From assembly GCF_000008665.1 (NCBI RefSeq), contig NC_000917.1, positions 930,001 through 962,000 on the forward strand: a DNA stretch of 32,000 nucleotides, given 5' to 3'. The position numbers and the translations under genes were made by a program. Below, one piece after another: positions 31,688 to 32,000 of this stretch (the first letter of the stretch is position 1; each line of letters begins with the position of its first letter). Under the pieces are notes generated by a model. It ran no database searches, had not been told where the DNA came from, and saw nothing but the letters and a program-made list of their open reading frames with translations. The stretch comes from Archaeoglobus fulgidus DSM 4304. GTDB taxonomy: Archaea > Halobacteriota > Archaeoglobi > Archaeoglobales > Archaeoglobaceae.

Positions 31688-32000
31688 TCACACGAATGTC
31701 AGATTGGTGAAGCTCGGTGGCAGCGTCTTGGTTATCGTCAGCGGTGCGCCGATGGGTGGGCGGACTTCAATTGTCACCACATCATTGGGGTTGAGCTCAC
31801 CTATACCGCTCCACTCGGTGTTGTTCACGTCAATCGTTATCTTGTACTTTTCATTCGGCTCAACCACATTATCTCCATCACCGACCGTATCATCATACCA
31901 CCAGGGGCAGTCCGTTCCCGGTGTGCATGAATCGTTGAAGAACAGCTGCTTGAATCCAGTGTCAGTGGTAATCGCAATCGAGGTCATGTTAAGGTCCACT
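31688..32000 (-). CDS. flaB: Second archaellin, C-terminal part only (gene continues beyond the window)
   Basis: Open to the window edge. C-terminal archaellin-like pattern NPNDVVTIEVRPPIGAPLTITKTLP matches the end of the 31072..31686 archaellin. Confidence 0.88.
   Translation of the reverse strand, partial: VDLNMTSIAITTDTGFKQLFFNDSCTPGTDCPWWYDDTVGDGDNVVEPNEKYKITIDVNNTEWSGIGELNPNDVVTIEVRPPIGAPLTITKTLPPSFTNLTFV

Overview
The window looks like an Archaeoglobus fulgidus-type archaeal chromosome segment. That assignment comes from recalled gene content and order; no database search was run. From left to right it contains: (1) the N-terminus of a 4-hydroxyphenylacetate 3-hydroxylase/4-hydroxybutyryl-CoA dehydratase-like protein, a thiolase and an acyl-CoA ligase, all on the minus strand; (2) a tightly overlapping plus-strand DNA-end-processing operon herA-mre11-rad50-nurA; (3) a soluble double-PAS MCP; (4) a divergent pair of PAS/GAF sensor-like proteins; (5) a minus-strand chemotaxis operon (triple-PAS MCP, cheW, cheF-like, cheY, cheB, cheA, cheC, cheD, cheR); (6) a minus-strand archaellum operon (two archaellins, flaD/E, flaG, flaF, flaH, flaI, flaJ), followed by a small membrane-anchored acidic protein and a GAF-like/DHp-like protein. 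The least explained content is a set of three proteins that appear to end in histidine-kinase-like dimerisation helices. Each lacks the phospho-acceptor His (Asp, Asp or Asn in its place) and lacks an ATPase domain. One of them is translationally coupled to the tail of the archaellum operon. Other notable signals are near-identical MCP C-terminal halves interrupted by two divergent patches placed symmetrically about the hairpin tip, a 10-bp inverted repeat spanning the flaH stop in the flaH-flaI gap, and a shared CTPxxxC motif in an archaellin and FlaF.
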